Positions 1 to 11,598 of a stretch of 64,000 nucleotides of DNA are shown in pieces. The translations under genes were made by a program, and so were the position numbers. Under the pieces are notes generated by a model. The model was not told where the DNA came from. It saw only the letters and a program-made list of their open reading frames with translations, and did no database searches. Numbering within the stretch: position 1 is the first letter of the stretch; each line of letters opens with the position of its first letter. The stretch is taken from assembly GCA_902605215.1 (NCBI GenBank), contig CACLBX010000002.1:6936-70935 (forward strand), read 5' to 3'. The DNA is from an uncultured Pelagibacteraceae bacterium. Lineage in GTDB: Bacteria > Pseudomonadota > Alphaproteobacteria > Pelagibacterales > AG-422-B15.

Positions 1-1332
1 AGACAACTTGGGAATGCCGGCTGGTCTTATGAAGAAGTCTTGCCCTATTTTAAGAAAAGTGAAAATAACGAAAATGGTTCTGACTTATATCATGGATCTA
101 ATGGAGAACTAAAAGTCTCCAACCCAAATTTGGATACCAATCCACTACACTATGCATTTATAGAGGCGGGTCAACAAGCAGGATATAAATATAATCCTGA
201 TTTTAACGGAGAAGATCAAGAGGGAGTTGGTCCCGTATCTCAAAATATTGATAATGGAAGAAGAGCAAGTACGGCATACTCATTTATTGAGCCAGTAAAA
301 AATAGAACAAATCTAACAATTTATACCAACTCGGTTACTTCAAAACTTTTATTCGAAAAAAATAAATGCATTGGAGTTGAATTTTTAAGAAAAAATAAAT
401 TAGAGAAAGTATTTGCTGACAAGGAAGTTATTGTTTGTGGTGGAGCTATAAACTCTCCTCAGATACTTCTTCTATCAGGAATCGGAAAAGCTGATTATTT
501 AAAAAAATGGGACTTAAATGTTGTTAGTGACCTTCCTGGAGTTGGAGAAAATCTGCAAGATCATTTGGATATTCTTACTCATAATGAATGTACCCAGCCT
601 GTTACAGACGCTAAATACGTAATGGGTCCATTTGGCTTCCTAAAACAAGCATGGATTCTAGGTATGTGGGGAACTCTTAGAAAAGGACCTGGTGGCATGA
701 TTCCACTAAACGTTCTTACTTTTTTAAAGACAGATCCGTCTCTGGATGTGCCTGATATCCAAATGCATTTTTTAAGTGTCTTGTTGCAAGATCATGGAGC
801 TAAACTTCCAGAATCGCACTGTTTTAGTAATCATATTTGTCAATTACGTCCTGAAAGTAGAGGGTATATTGCTCTTAAGTCTCTTGACCCTCGTGTTGCT
901 CCTGTAATTCAGCCAAACTACTTTGCTGAACAAAAGGATAGGGATGTAATGATAGAAGGTGTAAAAATGTCTCGAGATATTATAAGCCAAAAAGCATTTG
1001 ACGAATATCGTGGTAAAGAAATATCACCTGGTATTGAAGTTCAGTCAGATGAACAAATAGAAAACTTCATTCGAGAAAAAGCAGAAACAATTTATCATCC
1101 TGTTGGCACATGTAAAATGGGAAGCGATGAAAATGCTGTTGTCGACGATAAATTGAGAGTTCGGGGTGTAGAAAACCTTCGCGTAGTTGACGCTTCTATA
1201 ATGCCTAATTTAGTTGGTGGAAATACAAATGCACCAACAATTATGATTGCTGAAAAAATAGCAGATCATATTTTAGGCAATGATTTTTTACCTGCATTAG
1301 ATCTTTCTCAGTCTTATAAACAGTCAGCATAG
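1..1332 (+). CDS. GMC-family FAD oxidoreductase (choline/alcohol dehydrogenase-like), 5' end outside window
   Basis: The frame is open from nt 1 (RQLGNAGWSYEEVLPYFKKSE...), so the track's M at nt 40 is an internal TTG. GMC signatures are present: GGAINSPQILLLSGIG, ETIYHPVGTCKMG, and LRVVDASIMP...NTNAPTIMIAEK. Confidence 0.9.
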   Translation, partial: RQLGNAGWSYEEVLPYFKKSENNENGSDLYHGSNGELKVSNPNLDTNPLHYAFIEAGQQAGYKYNPDFNGEDQEGVGPVSQNIDNGRRASTAYSFIEPVKNRTNLTIYTNSVTSKLLFEKNKCIGVEFLRKNKLEKVFADKEVIVCGGAINSPQILLLSGIGKADYLKKWDLNVVSDLPGVGENLQDHLDILTHNECTQPVTDAKYVMGPFGFLKQAWILGMWGTLRKGPGGMIPLNVLTFLKTDPSLDVPDIQMHFLSVLLQDHGAKLPESHCFSNHICQLRPESRGYIALKSLDPRVAPVIQPNYFAEQKDRDVMIEGVKMSRDIISQKAFDEYRGKEISPGIEVQSDEQIENFIREKAETIYHPVGTCKMGSDENAVVDDKLRVRGVENLRVVDASIMPNLVGGNTNAPTIMIAEKIADHILGNDFLPALDLSQSYKQSA

Positions 1333-1334
1333 TT

Positions 1335-3512
1335 TTGAGAAAATTATTATTTTCGTTGCTAGGTATTGTAGTCATTTTTGTAATATTCTTAATTATACAA
1401 AATTATAGAAATACAATTAATTTTGACTCTAAAAAATTTTTAGAGGTTGAAAAAAATTATAGCTATCAAATAAAACGAGATACATACGGCGTTCCCCATG
1501 TTCATGGTATGAGGGATAAAGATGCAGCATTCGGGTTTGCATATGCACAAGCAGAAGATGATTTAGAGCATGTAGAGATGATGATTAAAATGTCTCGTGG
1601 AGAACTTTCAAATTTAAATTTTAATTCAAAGACATTCTCTGCCATTTATTCACTTATTACCGGCGATGGTGATATTATGGAAAACCTAGATGCAATTGAG
1701 GGAGTAGAATTAGATTTTTTATTTAAGTTTTTTAATGTTCATGAAACTGTTAATAAAAAAATTTCAGAAATTCCAGAGGAGACGATTAACTATATAAAAG
1801 GTTATGCAGATGGACTTAACTATTATGCAGCAAAAAATCCTAACTTAGTTGATCAATCTCTATATCCGGCTACTGTAAGTGATTTAGTTGCTGGAATGAC
1901 ATTTCGGATGCCGTTATTTTATGGCATAGACCATTCAATCGCTGAACTCATTAATTTAATGGATAATAAAGAAGAGGAAGTTGCAATGAATATGAACTCA
2001 CTATCCAATAATCCAATAGTTGCAAGCATAAATACTTACTTTAAACCATCAGGTTCAAACGCATTTGCCGTTTCCAAAAGCAGATCACAAGACAATGAGA
2101 CAATGCTTGTCATTAATTCACACCAGCCATTAACGGGTCCAGTTGCTTGGTATGAAATTCATATAAAAAGTGGAGAAGGCTTAAATATCATGGGCGGTAC
2201 TTTTCCAGGATCGCCATTTGTGCATGTTGGCTTCAATGAACATCTCGGGTGGGGAGCTACAGTAAATCAGCCAGATTTATCTGATCTTTATGAATTAAAA
2301 CTTAATCCAGAGAACAAAAATCAGTACGAACTAGACGGTGAATGGGTAAACTTCAAAGAAACTGAGCAAAATTTTAAAGTCAAATTGTTTGGACCTTTTA
2401 ATATTACATATCCTATAAAAATGTACCAGTCAGCGCATGGACCAGCTTTAAAAGACGATAATAAAGCCTATGCCCTCAGGTTTGTTGGAATGAATGATGT
2501 CAACCATTCAACTGCATGGCTCAAAATGAATAAATCAAAAAATATCGATGAGTGGCTTGATGCCCTAAGAATGGAACAGCTAGCTAGTTTAAATTTAGTT
2601 TACGCTGATAAGGATGATAATATCTTTTTTGTTCATAATGCTAAGTCGCCGGTAAGAGATCCAAACTATGATTGGAAGCAAGTGGTTCCTGGAAATAAAA
2701 GTGAATTAATCTGGACAGATTTTCATCCTTTTGAAAGTGTGCCTCAGATCTTAAATCCAAGCTCCGGATATATCTTTAGTACCAATCAAAATCCTTTTTT
2801 TGTTACAGCTAAGGAAGATAACTTATCTTTATCTAACTTCAATCCAACCATGGGCTTTCAAACACGAACAACGAATAGAGCGTATAGAGCGTATGAACTT
2901 CTTGATGCTGACAAATCAATATCATTCAGTGAACTTGATAAATACAAACACGATAATAAGTTTTCCTATAATTCAAGACAATACAAATTCATGGAAGAAA
3001 TTTTCAATCATGAATTCTCAGAAAATAAATTAAAAAATGCTCAAGAATTTTTAAAAGATTGGGATTTAGGCACTGACACAAATAATTTACATGCTGCTTT
3101 TGGGGTTTGCATTTTGTCTCCTGAATGGTTAGCAGAAATAACAAGAAAGCCGCGTCCTGATCCAATCGAAGTCTTTATAAATTGCATTGATGATTTTGAA
3201 AAAAACTTTGGGGCATTAAGTGTAAAATGGAGTGATGTTAATTTCTTAGAAAGAGGTTCAAACTTAGTACATATTCAAGGAGGGCCGGACGTTTTAAGGG
3301 CAATTTATGCTCCTCGAAGCGATGATGGTATACTTAAAGCTGTTGCTGGAGATGGCCTTTATATCTATGTAAAATGGGATGAAAATAAAAAACAGGTATC
3401 AAAAAGTATTCATCAATTTGGAAGCGCTACAATGAATATGGGTTCTACGCACTATGATGATCAAATTAATTTATTTGCAAGTGAGAAGCTCAAAGATACG
3501 TTCTTTAATTGA
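1335..3512 (+). CDS. Penicillin/AHL-acylase family Ntn hydrolase, N-terminal membrane anchor
   Basis: Has an N-terminal signal-anchor (LLFSLLGIVVIFVIFLII) and the alpha-chain motif RDTYGVPHVHG..FGFAYAQAEDDL. The candidate autoprocessing nucleophile is PSG-SNAFAVS. The 725-aa length fits the family. The TTG start lies 2 nt after the upstream stop. Confidence 0.82.
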   Translation: MRKLLFSLLGIVVIFVIFLIIQNYRNTINFDSKKFLEVEKNYSYQIKRDTYGVPHVHGMRDKDAAFGFAYAQAEDDLEHVEMMIKMSRGELSNLNFNSKTFSAIYSLITGDGDIMENLDAIEGVELDFLFKFFNVHETVNKKISEIPEETINYIKGYADGLNYYAAKNPNLVDQSLYPATVSDLVAGMTFRMPLFYGIDHSIAELINLMDNKEEEVAMNMNSLSNNPIVASINTYFKPSGSNAFAVSKSRSQDNETMLVINSHQPLTGPVAWYEIHIKSGEGLNIMGGTFPGSPFVHVGFNEHLGWGATVNQPDLSDLYELKLNPENKNQYELDGEWVNFKETEQNFKVKLFGPFNITYPIKMYQSAHGPALKDDNKAYALRFVGMNDVNHSTAWLKMNKSKNIDEWLDALRMEQLASLNLVYADKDDNIFFVHNAKSPVRDPNYDWKQVVPGNKSELIWTDFHPFESVPQILNPSSGYIFSTNQNPFFVTAKEDNLSLSNFNPTMGFQTRTTNRAYRAYELLDADKSISFSELDKYKHDNKFSYNSRQYKFMEEIFNHEFSENKLKNAQEFLKDWDLGTDTNNLHAAFGVCILSPEWLAEITRKPRPDPIEVFINCIDDFEKNFGALSVKWSDVNFLERGSNLVHIQGGPDVLRAIYAPRSDDGILKAVAGDGLYIYVKWDENKKQVSKSIHQFGSATMNMGSTHYDDQINLFASEKLKDTFFN

Positions 3513-3548
3513 GCTTGTAGAAAAAAAATAATTATATAAAATTTTATC

Positions 3549-5114
3549 ATGTTATTACATGAGCATTTAGAAAATGGAGCTGATAAAAATCCTAATTTTC
3601 CCTTCTCCGAATTTGAAGGAAATTCACTATCTTATCAAGAAGCAAATTTATTAAGCAATCAATTAGCTAATAAATTAGTTTCTGAGGGTTTGGAAGTTGG
3701 AGATAGATTTGCATTTCTTGCAAAAAATTGCACTGAAATGGCAATCATGTACTACGCTGCATCAAAAGTTGGCGTTGTTCCTGTTCCATTAAATTATCGT
3801 TTAGCAGATCAAGAATGGTCATACATAATAAATGACTCTGAAGCAAAACTTATAATAGTTAAAGGAAATGAGTATTCGGACAGAATAAATCAGATTTCAT
3901 CAGAATTAAAAAATATAAAAAAATATATTTCTGTATCGGTCGATAACAGTATTGAAAAATTCCATGATTTTTATAACTGGCTTTTAGATAGTTCGAATGA
4001 AAAACCAACTTTAAAGATTCATGAAAACGATGACGTTTATCAAATGTATACTAGTGGTACTACGGGTCATCCAAAAGGTGCTGTTCTTTTACAGAGAAAT
4101 GTTGCAGCTAATATTAGACAGTATTTAAATAGTTTAACTTTACCTAGGCCATCAAGAACTCTTTTAGTGGCACCGATGTACCATGCTGCCGCAATGATTA
4201 ATATGTGTGGGTGCATTGCAATAGGTGGAACAATTGTTATTCAAGAGGATTTTATTCCTCAAGATGTAGTAGATTGTTTAGCAAATGAAAAAATCACGCA
4301 CACAGTACTGGTCCCTGCGATGATCCAAGCCTGCTTAGTATCAGTGCCAAATGTTGCAAGTAATGAATATGATAATTTAGATCAGATACACTATGGAGCC
4401 TCACCAATCGCCCCAGAAACTCTCAAAAAGGCAATGGATGTTTTTAAGTGTAAATTTGGACAAGGTTTTGGAATGACTGAGACAGTTGCTGTAATCTGCC
4501 TAATGACACCTGAAGAACATATACGCGCTATAGAGGAAAAACCTGAGCTTCTTAAATCTTGTGGCAGACCAGCTATAGATACTCAAGTTGAAATTAGAGA
4601 TGAAAATGAAAATCCACTTCCTGTTGGAGAAATTGGACAGATTTGCGCCAAAGGCCCACAGATTATGAAAGGGTATTGGAATAAAAAAGAAGAAACAGAA
4701 AAAGCTTTAAAGGGAGGATGGATGCATACAGGAGATGCGGGACGCATTGACGAAGAAGGTTTTGTTTATATCCAGGATAGAATTAAAGACATGATAGTAT
4801 CGGGTGGTGAAAATATTTATTCAACAGAAGTAGAAGCAGCATTGTTTGCTCATCCAGACATTATTGATGCTGCCGTCATTGGCATTCCAAATGAAAAGTA
4901 TGGAGAAGTTGTTAAAGCTTGTATTGTAAAAAAAGAAGGCTCTAATTTAACCGAGGACGATGTTATAAATTTTTGCAAAGACAGAATTGCAAGTTATAAA
5001 AAACCTCAGTCAGTTGATTTTATCGATGAAGTTCCTAGAAATGCAAGTGGCAAAGTTCTTAAAAAAGTATTACGTGAACCGTATTGGAAAGATCAGGATC
5101 GACAAGTTAGTTAG
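3549..5114 (+). CDS. AMP-dependent acyl-CoA synthetase/ligase
   Basis: Carries the AMP-binding motif YTSGTTGHPKG, GWMHTGD, and the C-terminal catalytic Lys region PRNASGKVLKK. Length is 521 aa. Confidence 0.9.
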   Translation: MLLHEHLENGADKNPNFPFSEFEGNSLSYQEANLLSNQLANKLVSEGLEVGDRFAFLAKNCTEMAIMYYAASKVGVVPVPLNYRLADQEWSYIINDSEAKLIIVKGNEYSDRINQISSELKNIKKYISVSVDNSIEKFHDFYNWLLDSSNEKPTLKIHENDDVYQMYTSGTTGHPKGAVLLQRNVAANIRQYLNSLTLPRPSRTLLVAPMYHAAAMINMCGCIAIGGTIVIQEDFIPQDVVDCLANEKITHTVLVPAMIQACLVSVPNVASNEYDNLDQIHYGASPIAPETLKKAMDVFKCKFGQGFGMTETVAVICLMTPEEHIRAIEEKPELLKSCGRPAIDTQVEIRDENENPLPVGEIGQICAKGPQIMKGYWNKKEETEKALKGGWMHTGDAGRIDEEGFVYIQDRIKDMIVSGGENIYSTEVEAALFAHPDIIDAAVIGIPNEKYGEVVKACIVKKEGSNLTEDDVINFCKDRIASYKKPQSVDFIDEVPRNASGKVLKKVLREPYWKDQDRQVS

Positions 5115-6556
5115 GCAGTAGCAGTACCACCGACGGTTAAATTTTCAATTAACATTGTTGGTTGACCAACGCCTACAGGAACACTCTGGCCATCTTTACC
5201 GCAAGTTCCGATCCCACTATCCATTTTTGAGTCGTTACCGACCATCTTTACTCTTTTAAGCACATCTGGTCCATTGCCTATTAACGTGGCTCCTTTGACA
5301 GGGCTTGTTACAACCCCATTCTCAATTTTGTAAGCTTCAGTGCAAGTGAATACAAATTTTCCACTGGTAATGTCTACTTGCCCACCGCCAAAATCTACTG
5401 CATACAATCCATTTTTTACTGACTTCAGTATTTCTTTGGGGTCTCTGTTTCCAGACAACATGTGAGTATTGGTCATTCTAGGCATAGGCAAATGTGCGTA
5501 GCTTTCTCTTCGCCCATTTCCTGTTGGACTAACACCCATCAATCTTGAATTGAGCCGGTCTTGCATATACCCTGTTAAAATCCCATTTTCAATTAAAGTA
5601 GTACAATTCGTGGGTGTTCCTTCATCATCTACACTTAGAGATCCTCTTCTTGAGTCAATAGTGCCATCATCAACTACTGTTATTGCTTCATCTGCAATTT
5701 TCTCTCCAAGTAAATTAGAGAATGCAGATGTTTTTTTTCTATTGAAATCTCCTTCAAGTCCATGTCCAATCGCTTCATGAAGAAGAACTCCCGGATATCC
5801 TGGACCAAGTACCACATCCATTTCACCTGCAGGTGTATCTATCGAAGTTAAATTGATCTCTGCTTGATTAATGGCCTCGTCTACTTGTTGCTTCCAATGA
5901 CTTGGATCTAGAAAAGATGAATAGTCAACTCTGCCGCCTGAACCCCTGCTTCCATTTTCTTGTCTCCCATCCTTTTCTAATACAATTGAAATATACAATC
6001 TGACCAATGGCCTTAAATCTTCTATAACAATTCCTCCTGGTCTGTAGATACGAACTGCTTGCCACTCACCATTTAACGATGCAGAAACTTGTTTAACCTG
6101 AGAATTTTTTGAACGCGCATATTCATCGATGTTTTTTAATACATTAACTTTTTCAGAAAATTCTGTTTCATTGATAGGGTTTGCTTCGTTATATAATTTT
6201 CTATTAGTCTTGGAAAATGCAGCATTAAAATTTGCGTTATTATCTTTAGTCACAAAATTTACTGTATCAGATGCTTTTTTAAGAGACTTTTCATCTATGT
6301 CAGATGAATGAGCATAGCCAGAACTTTCACCTGCAACAGCTCTTAAACCAAAACCTTTCGATTTATCAAAAGAGGCACTTTTTAATCTTTGATCATCAAA
6401 GACAAAGCTCTCACTCTCACAAAATTCCATGAATAGTTCACCATCATCCGCCCTGTGAAGGGCGTTTGAAACTATTTTATCAACACTACTATTATCCAGG
6501 TTGCTTCGAGAAAAGAATAAGCTATCCGTCGATTGATTCTTTATGTCTTTGCTCAT
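5111..6556 (-). CDS. tldD: TldD metalloprotease
   Basis: TldD/PmbA family length (481 aa) with the metal-binding motif HEAIGHGLE and a Gly-rich C-terminal barrel. Confidence 0.9.
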   Translation of the reverse strand: MSKDIKNQSTDSLFFSRSNLDNSSVDKIVSNALHRADDGELFMEFCESESFVFDDQRLKSASFDKSKGFGLRAVAGESSGYAHSSDIDEKSLKKASDTVNFVTKDNNANFNAAFSKTNRKLYNEANPINETEFSEKVNVLKNIDEYARSKNSQVKQVSASLNGEWQAVRIYRPGGIVIEDLRPLVRLYISIVLEKDGRQENGSRGSGGRVDYSSFLDPSHWKQQVDEAINQAEINLTSIDTPAGEMDVVLGPGYPGVLLHEAIGHGLEGDFNRKKTSAFSNLLGEKIADEAITVVDDGTIDSRRGSLSVDDEGTPTNCTTLIENGILTGYMQDRLNSRLMGVSPTGNGRRESYAHLPMPRMTNTHMLSGNRDPKEILKSVKNGLYAVDFGGGQVDITSGKFVFTCTEAYKIENGVVTSPVKGATLIGNGPDVLKRVKMVGNDSKMDSGIGTCGKDGQSVPVGVGQPTMLIENLTVGGTATA

Positions 6557-6729
6557 ACTAGTATGCTCTATGAAATTACTCCAATTTTTTAAATTTATAC
6601 TAAAAAAAGCCTAAAAACTAATAAAAATTGCGTCAAACTGTCGCAAAATTATCCATAGTTTCTAAGAATTTAAACAGTATATATAAGTAAGTAACATTAA
6701 CGCATTTATTTTCAATATCTACGCAATTT

Positions 6730-7557
6730 ATGAACATTTTTTTAAAAATTATTACATTAGTTTTTTTGCCGTTCAGCGCCTTTGCGAATGAAGGAATTTC
6801 ACAAAACTGGCAACTTAGTTTCCAAGAGCCTGCAACTGACTTGATGTCAGATATCATTTCTTTCCACAGTTATATACTTATGCCGATTATAACAGGTATT
6901 TCATTGCTCGTCTTAGGTCTACTTCTTTACATAATGTTTAAATTTAATAGTAAAAGAAATGTAGTAGCTTCTACGACAACTCATAATACAGTGATAGAAA
7001 TATTATGGACTGTAATCCCCGTAATACTATTAATAATTATCGCTATACCATCTTTTAGACTACTGTATGTTTCAGAAACTATTCCAAAAGCAGACTTAAC
7101 TATAAAAGCAATAGGTAATCAATGGTATTGGACTTACGAATATCCGGACTATGAAGACATTGTATTCGATGCAAATATGCTGCTAGAGAATGAATTATCA
7201 GATCCAAAGTTAAGGCTTTTGGAGACTGATACGCAAATCGTGGTGCCTGTAAATAAAGTAGTCAAACTTCAAATCACATCTGCAGATGTACTTCATGCAT
7301 GGACCATTCCTGCATTTGGGGTAAAAATGGATGCAGTGCCTGGGCGATTAAATGAAACATGGTTTAAGGCTAACAAAGAGGGTATTTATTATGGCCAGTG
7401 TTCAGAACTATGTGGTCCGAAGCACGCATTTATGCCAATTAATGTAAAAGTTGTATCGGAAAGTGAATTTAACGATTGGTTAGACTTTGCTAAAGAGGAG
7501 TATGCATCGTCTGGAATAGATTATTCAACAGAAACATACGACCTCGCAAAGAACTAG
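6730..7557 (+). CDS. coxB: Cytochrome c oxidase (aa3) subunit II
   Basis: Signal peptide plus two TM helices. CuA site: HAWTIPAFGVKMDAVPGR ... CSELCGPKHAFMP. Confidence 0.95.
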   Translation: MNIFLKIITLVFLPFSAFANEGISQNWQLSFQEPATDLMSDIISFHSYILMPIITGISLLVLGLLLYIMFKFNSKRNVVASTTTHNTVIEILWTVIPVILLIIIAIPSFRLLYVSETIPKADLTIKAIGNQWYWTYEYPDYEDIVFDANMLLENELSDPKLRLLETDTQIVVPVNKVVKLQITSADVLHAWTIPAFGVKMDAVPGRLNETWFKANKEGIYYGQCSELCGPKHAFMPINVKVVSESEFNDWLDFAKEEYASSGIDYSTETYDLAKN

Positions 7558-7566
7558 GTAACTTAG

Positions 7567-9192
<1,626 letters not shown>

Positions 9193-9201
9193 TAAGATTG
9201 A

Positions 9202-10131
9202 ATGGCAAATATAACTTCAGTTTCTGATAAACGAGAAATTGGGATTAACTCATTTTTTTCAAAGGTCGGCTTCTATATCTCTTTATTAAAGCCAAGAGTT
9301 ATGTCTCTTTCCATTTTCACTAGCTTTGTAGGCATGATAATTGCTCCAGGATTTATAACTATTTATGAAGGAGCTCTGATAATTGTAGCTATTTCAATTG
9401 GATCAGGGGCATCCGGCGCCCTAAACATGTGGTATGAGAGAAAAACAGACCTCTTGATGGAGAGAACTAAGAATAGAGTATTGCCTATGGGGCTTATCAG
9501 TTCAAATGGAGCTCTTATATACGGAATTACTTTGTCAGTATTTTCAATTTATCTTTTGTACTATGTTGCAAATTTTCTGTCTGCCTCAATTCTTCTTCTA
9601 ACTATTCTCTATTATATTTTTGTCTATACAGTATGGCTAAAGAAAAGAACTCCTCAAAATATTGTTATCGGTGGAGCTGCTGGAGCGTTCCCTCCAATTA
9701 TTGGATGGACAGCTGTTACTGGCAGTATATCACCAGAAATCAGTCTACTTTTTATTTTAATTTTTTTATGGACTCCCCCTCATTTTTGGGCTCTCGCACT
9801 GTATAAATCTGATGACTACAAAAAAGCTGGAATTCCAATGATGCCACTAGTCGTTGGAAATAAAAAAACAGTTAGTTTAATTATCGCTTATTCACTAACA
9901 CTCTTACCTGTAACACTTCTAATGAGTTACTACTATTCATTTTTCTTTGGAACTTTGTCATCTATTATGGGTATCTGTTTCATATATCTAGCATTAGATC
10001 TCAGAAAATATGTAGATCACAGCAAGTTATTAGAAAAAAAAGCACAAACTCTATTTTTCTTTTCCATTATTTATCTCTTTAATATTTTTGCAATCCTCCT
10101 TATTGATAATTTATTATGGAATATATTATGA
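9202..10131 (+). CDS. ctaB: Protoheme IX farnesyltransferase (heme O synthase)
   Basis: UbiA-family polytopic protein (NMWYERKTD.., PPHFWALALY) in the canonical slot between coxA and ctaG. Confidence 0.93.
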   Translation: MANITSVSDKREIGINSFFSKVGFYISLLKPRVMSLSIFTSFVGMIIAPGFITIYEGALIIVAISIGSGASGALNMWYERKTDLLMERTKNRVLPMGLISSNGALIYGITLSVFSIYLLYYVANFLSASILLLTILYYIFVYTVWLKKRTPQNIVIGGAAGAFPPIIGWTAVTGSISPEISLLFILIFLWTPPHFWALALYKSDDYKKAGIPMMPLVVGNKKTVSLIIAYSLTLLPVTLLMSYYYSFFFGTLSSIMGICFIYLALDLRKYVDHSKLLEKKAQTLFFFSIIYLFNIFAILLIDNLLWNIL

Positions 10132-10235
10132 TTAATAAAAAAATAAAAAGAAGGAACTTAATTACAGCATTAATACTTGTTTTTTTTGTTGCTTCATTCT
10201 TCACATATACAATTTACAGGTTAAGTCTTATATAA
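10128..10235 (+). CDS. Small single-TM ORF (35 aa) between ctaB and ctaG
   Basis: Not in the ORF track because it is under 60 aa. Its ATG overlaps the ctaB stop (ATGA). Translation is MINKKIKRRNLITALILVFFVASFFTYTIYRLSLI*, a basic N-terminus followed by one hydrophobic helix. Its stop abuts the ctaG ATG with 0 nt between. Confidence 0.4.
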   Translation: MINKKIKRRNLITALILVFFVASFFTYTIYRLSLI

Positions 10236-10781
10236 ATGAACTTTTTCAATTTTAAATATAGTTCGAATGCTTCTTTAGCTGCAGGCCTGCTAGGAGTTGC
10301 TATTTCAATGGTGATATTAGCCTATGCATCTGTACCACTATATAATTACTTTTGTAAAGTTACAGGTTTTGGAGGTACTCCAAAAATTTATTCTCAAGAA
10401 AGTATTTATATAACTGAATCTCTAATAGATGTAAGACTTGATTCAAACGTTGGATCAACTTTGAACTGGGATTTTTTCCCTGAGCAAAGAACACATCAAA
10501 TCCAAATTGGCGAAAATAAATTAATCAACTACGTTATAATCAACAACACCAATCAAGCATTGAATGGAACAGCGGTATACAATGTTGCCCCAGCTGAGGC
10601 AGCAAAATACTTTAACAAAATAGAATGTTTTTGTTTTCAAAATACTGAATTAAAAGCTAATGAAAAAAAAATTATGCCAGTTTCTTTTTATATTGACCCT
10701 GAAATTAAAAATGATCAATACGTAGCAGATCTATCCGAAGTTACTTTGTCCTATACCTTTTATGAAAACAGTGATACATAA
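10236..10781 (+). CDS. ctaG: Cytochrome c oxidase assembly protein Cox11/CtaG
   Basis: N-terminal TM helix, YNYFCKVTGFGGTP, and the Cu-binding CFCF motif (KIECFCFQ). Confidence 0.9.
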   Translation: MNFFNFKYSSNASLAAGLLGVAISMVILAYASVPLYNYFCKVTGFGGTPKIYSQESIYITESLIDVRLDSNVGSTLNWDFFPEQRTHQIQIGENKLINYVIINNTNQALNGTAVYNVAPAEAAKYFNKIECFCFQNTELKANEKKIMPVSFYIDPEIKNDQYVADLSEVTLSYTFYENSDT

Positions 10782-10786
10782 TTTCT

Positions 10787-11584
10787 ATGAGTTCACGCAA
10801 TCCAAATTCTCATGAGTACCACTTAGTAGAACCAAGTCCATGGCCGCTTTTGGCATCCATTGGAGCGCTTATCTTGTGTTTTGGTGCCGTTATTTATTTT
10901 AGAACTGATGACTTATGGCTAATGCTTATTGGATTAGCTATTGTAGTTTATGTTACATACATGTGGTTTAGAGATATTATTATTGAAGGTGAACACCAAG
11001 GGCATCATACGGCTGTAGTACAGATTGGACTAAGGTATGGCATGACATTGTTTATCGCCTCAGAAGTTATGTTTTTTGTTGCTTGGTTTTGGGCTTATTT
11101 CAATGCAAGTTTATTCCCGACAGAACAAATAGGATCTGTTTGGCCTCCTGCAGAAATCCATTTAATGGATCCTTGGCATATACCACTAATAAATACACTT
11201 ATACTTTTGCTATCAGGTACAACCGTGACCTGGGCGCACCACGCATTAACTGAGGGAAACAGAAAAGAGCTGATCCAAGGTCTCTGGTGTACAGTAGGTC
11301 TTGGCATAATTTTTACAGGCTTCCAGGTTTATGAGTATATGCATGCTGATTTCGCTTTTTCAGGACATATTTATGGAGCAACTTTCTATATGGCAACTGG
11401 GTTCCACGGCTTTCATGTATTGATGGGTACAGTGATGCTTATTGTCTGCTTAGGAAGATCAATTGCAGGGCACTTTAAGGCCGACCATCACTTTGGTTTT
11501 GAAGCAGCTGCATGGTACTGGCACTTTGTAGATGTTGTATGGCTATTCCTATTCGCTGCAATATATGTCTGGGGCTATTATTAA
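10787..11584 (+). CDS. coxC: Cytochrome c oxidase subunit III
   Basis: 7-TM protein with GFHGFHVLMGT and WYWHFVDVVWLFLF motifs. Confidence 0.95.
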   Translation: MSSRNPNSHEYHLVEPSPWPLLASIGALILCFGAVIYFRTDDLWLMLIGLAIVVYVTYMWFRDIIIEGEHQGHHTAVVQIGLRYGMTLFIASEVMFFVAWFWAYFNASLFPTEQIGSVWPPAEIHLMDPWHIPLINTLILLLSGTTVTWAHHALTEGNRKELIQGLWCTVGLGIIFTGFQVYEYMHADFAFSGHIYGATFYMATGFHGFHVLMGTVMLIVCLGRSIAGHFKADHHFGFEAAAWYWHFVDVVWLFLFAAIYVWGYY

Positions 11585-11598
11585 ACTTAATCTATCTA

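Noticed and set aside
6633-6857. A 74-aa minus-strand ORF lies in the tldD/coxB spacer and overlaps the coxB start. The similar spacer-bridging ORFs 32507-32710 and 51349-51534 were also considered.
   Set aside because: They overlap the signal-peptide or N-terminal regions of supported genes on the other strand. They have no motifs and are AT-rich chance frames.
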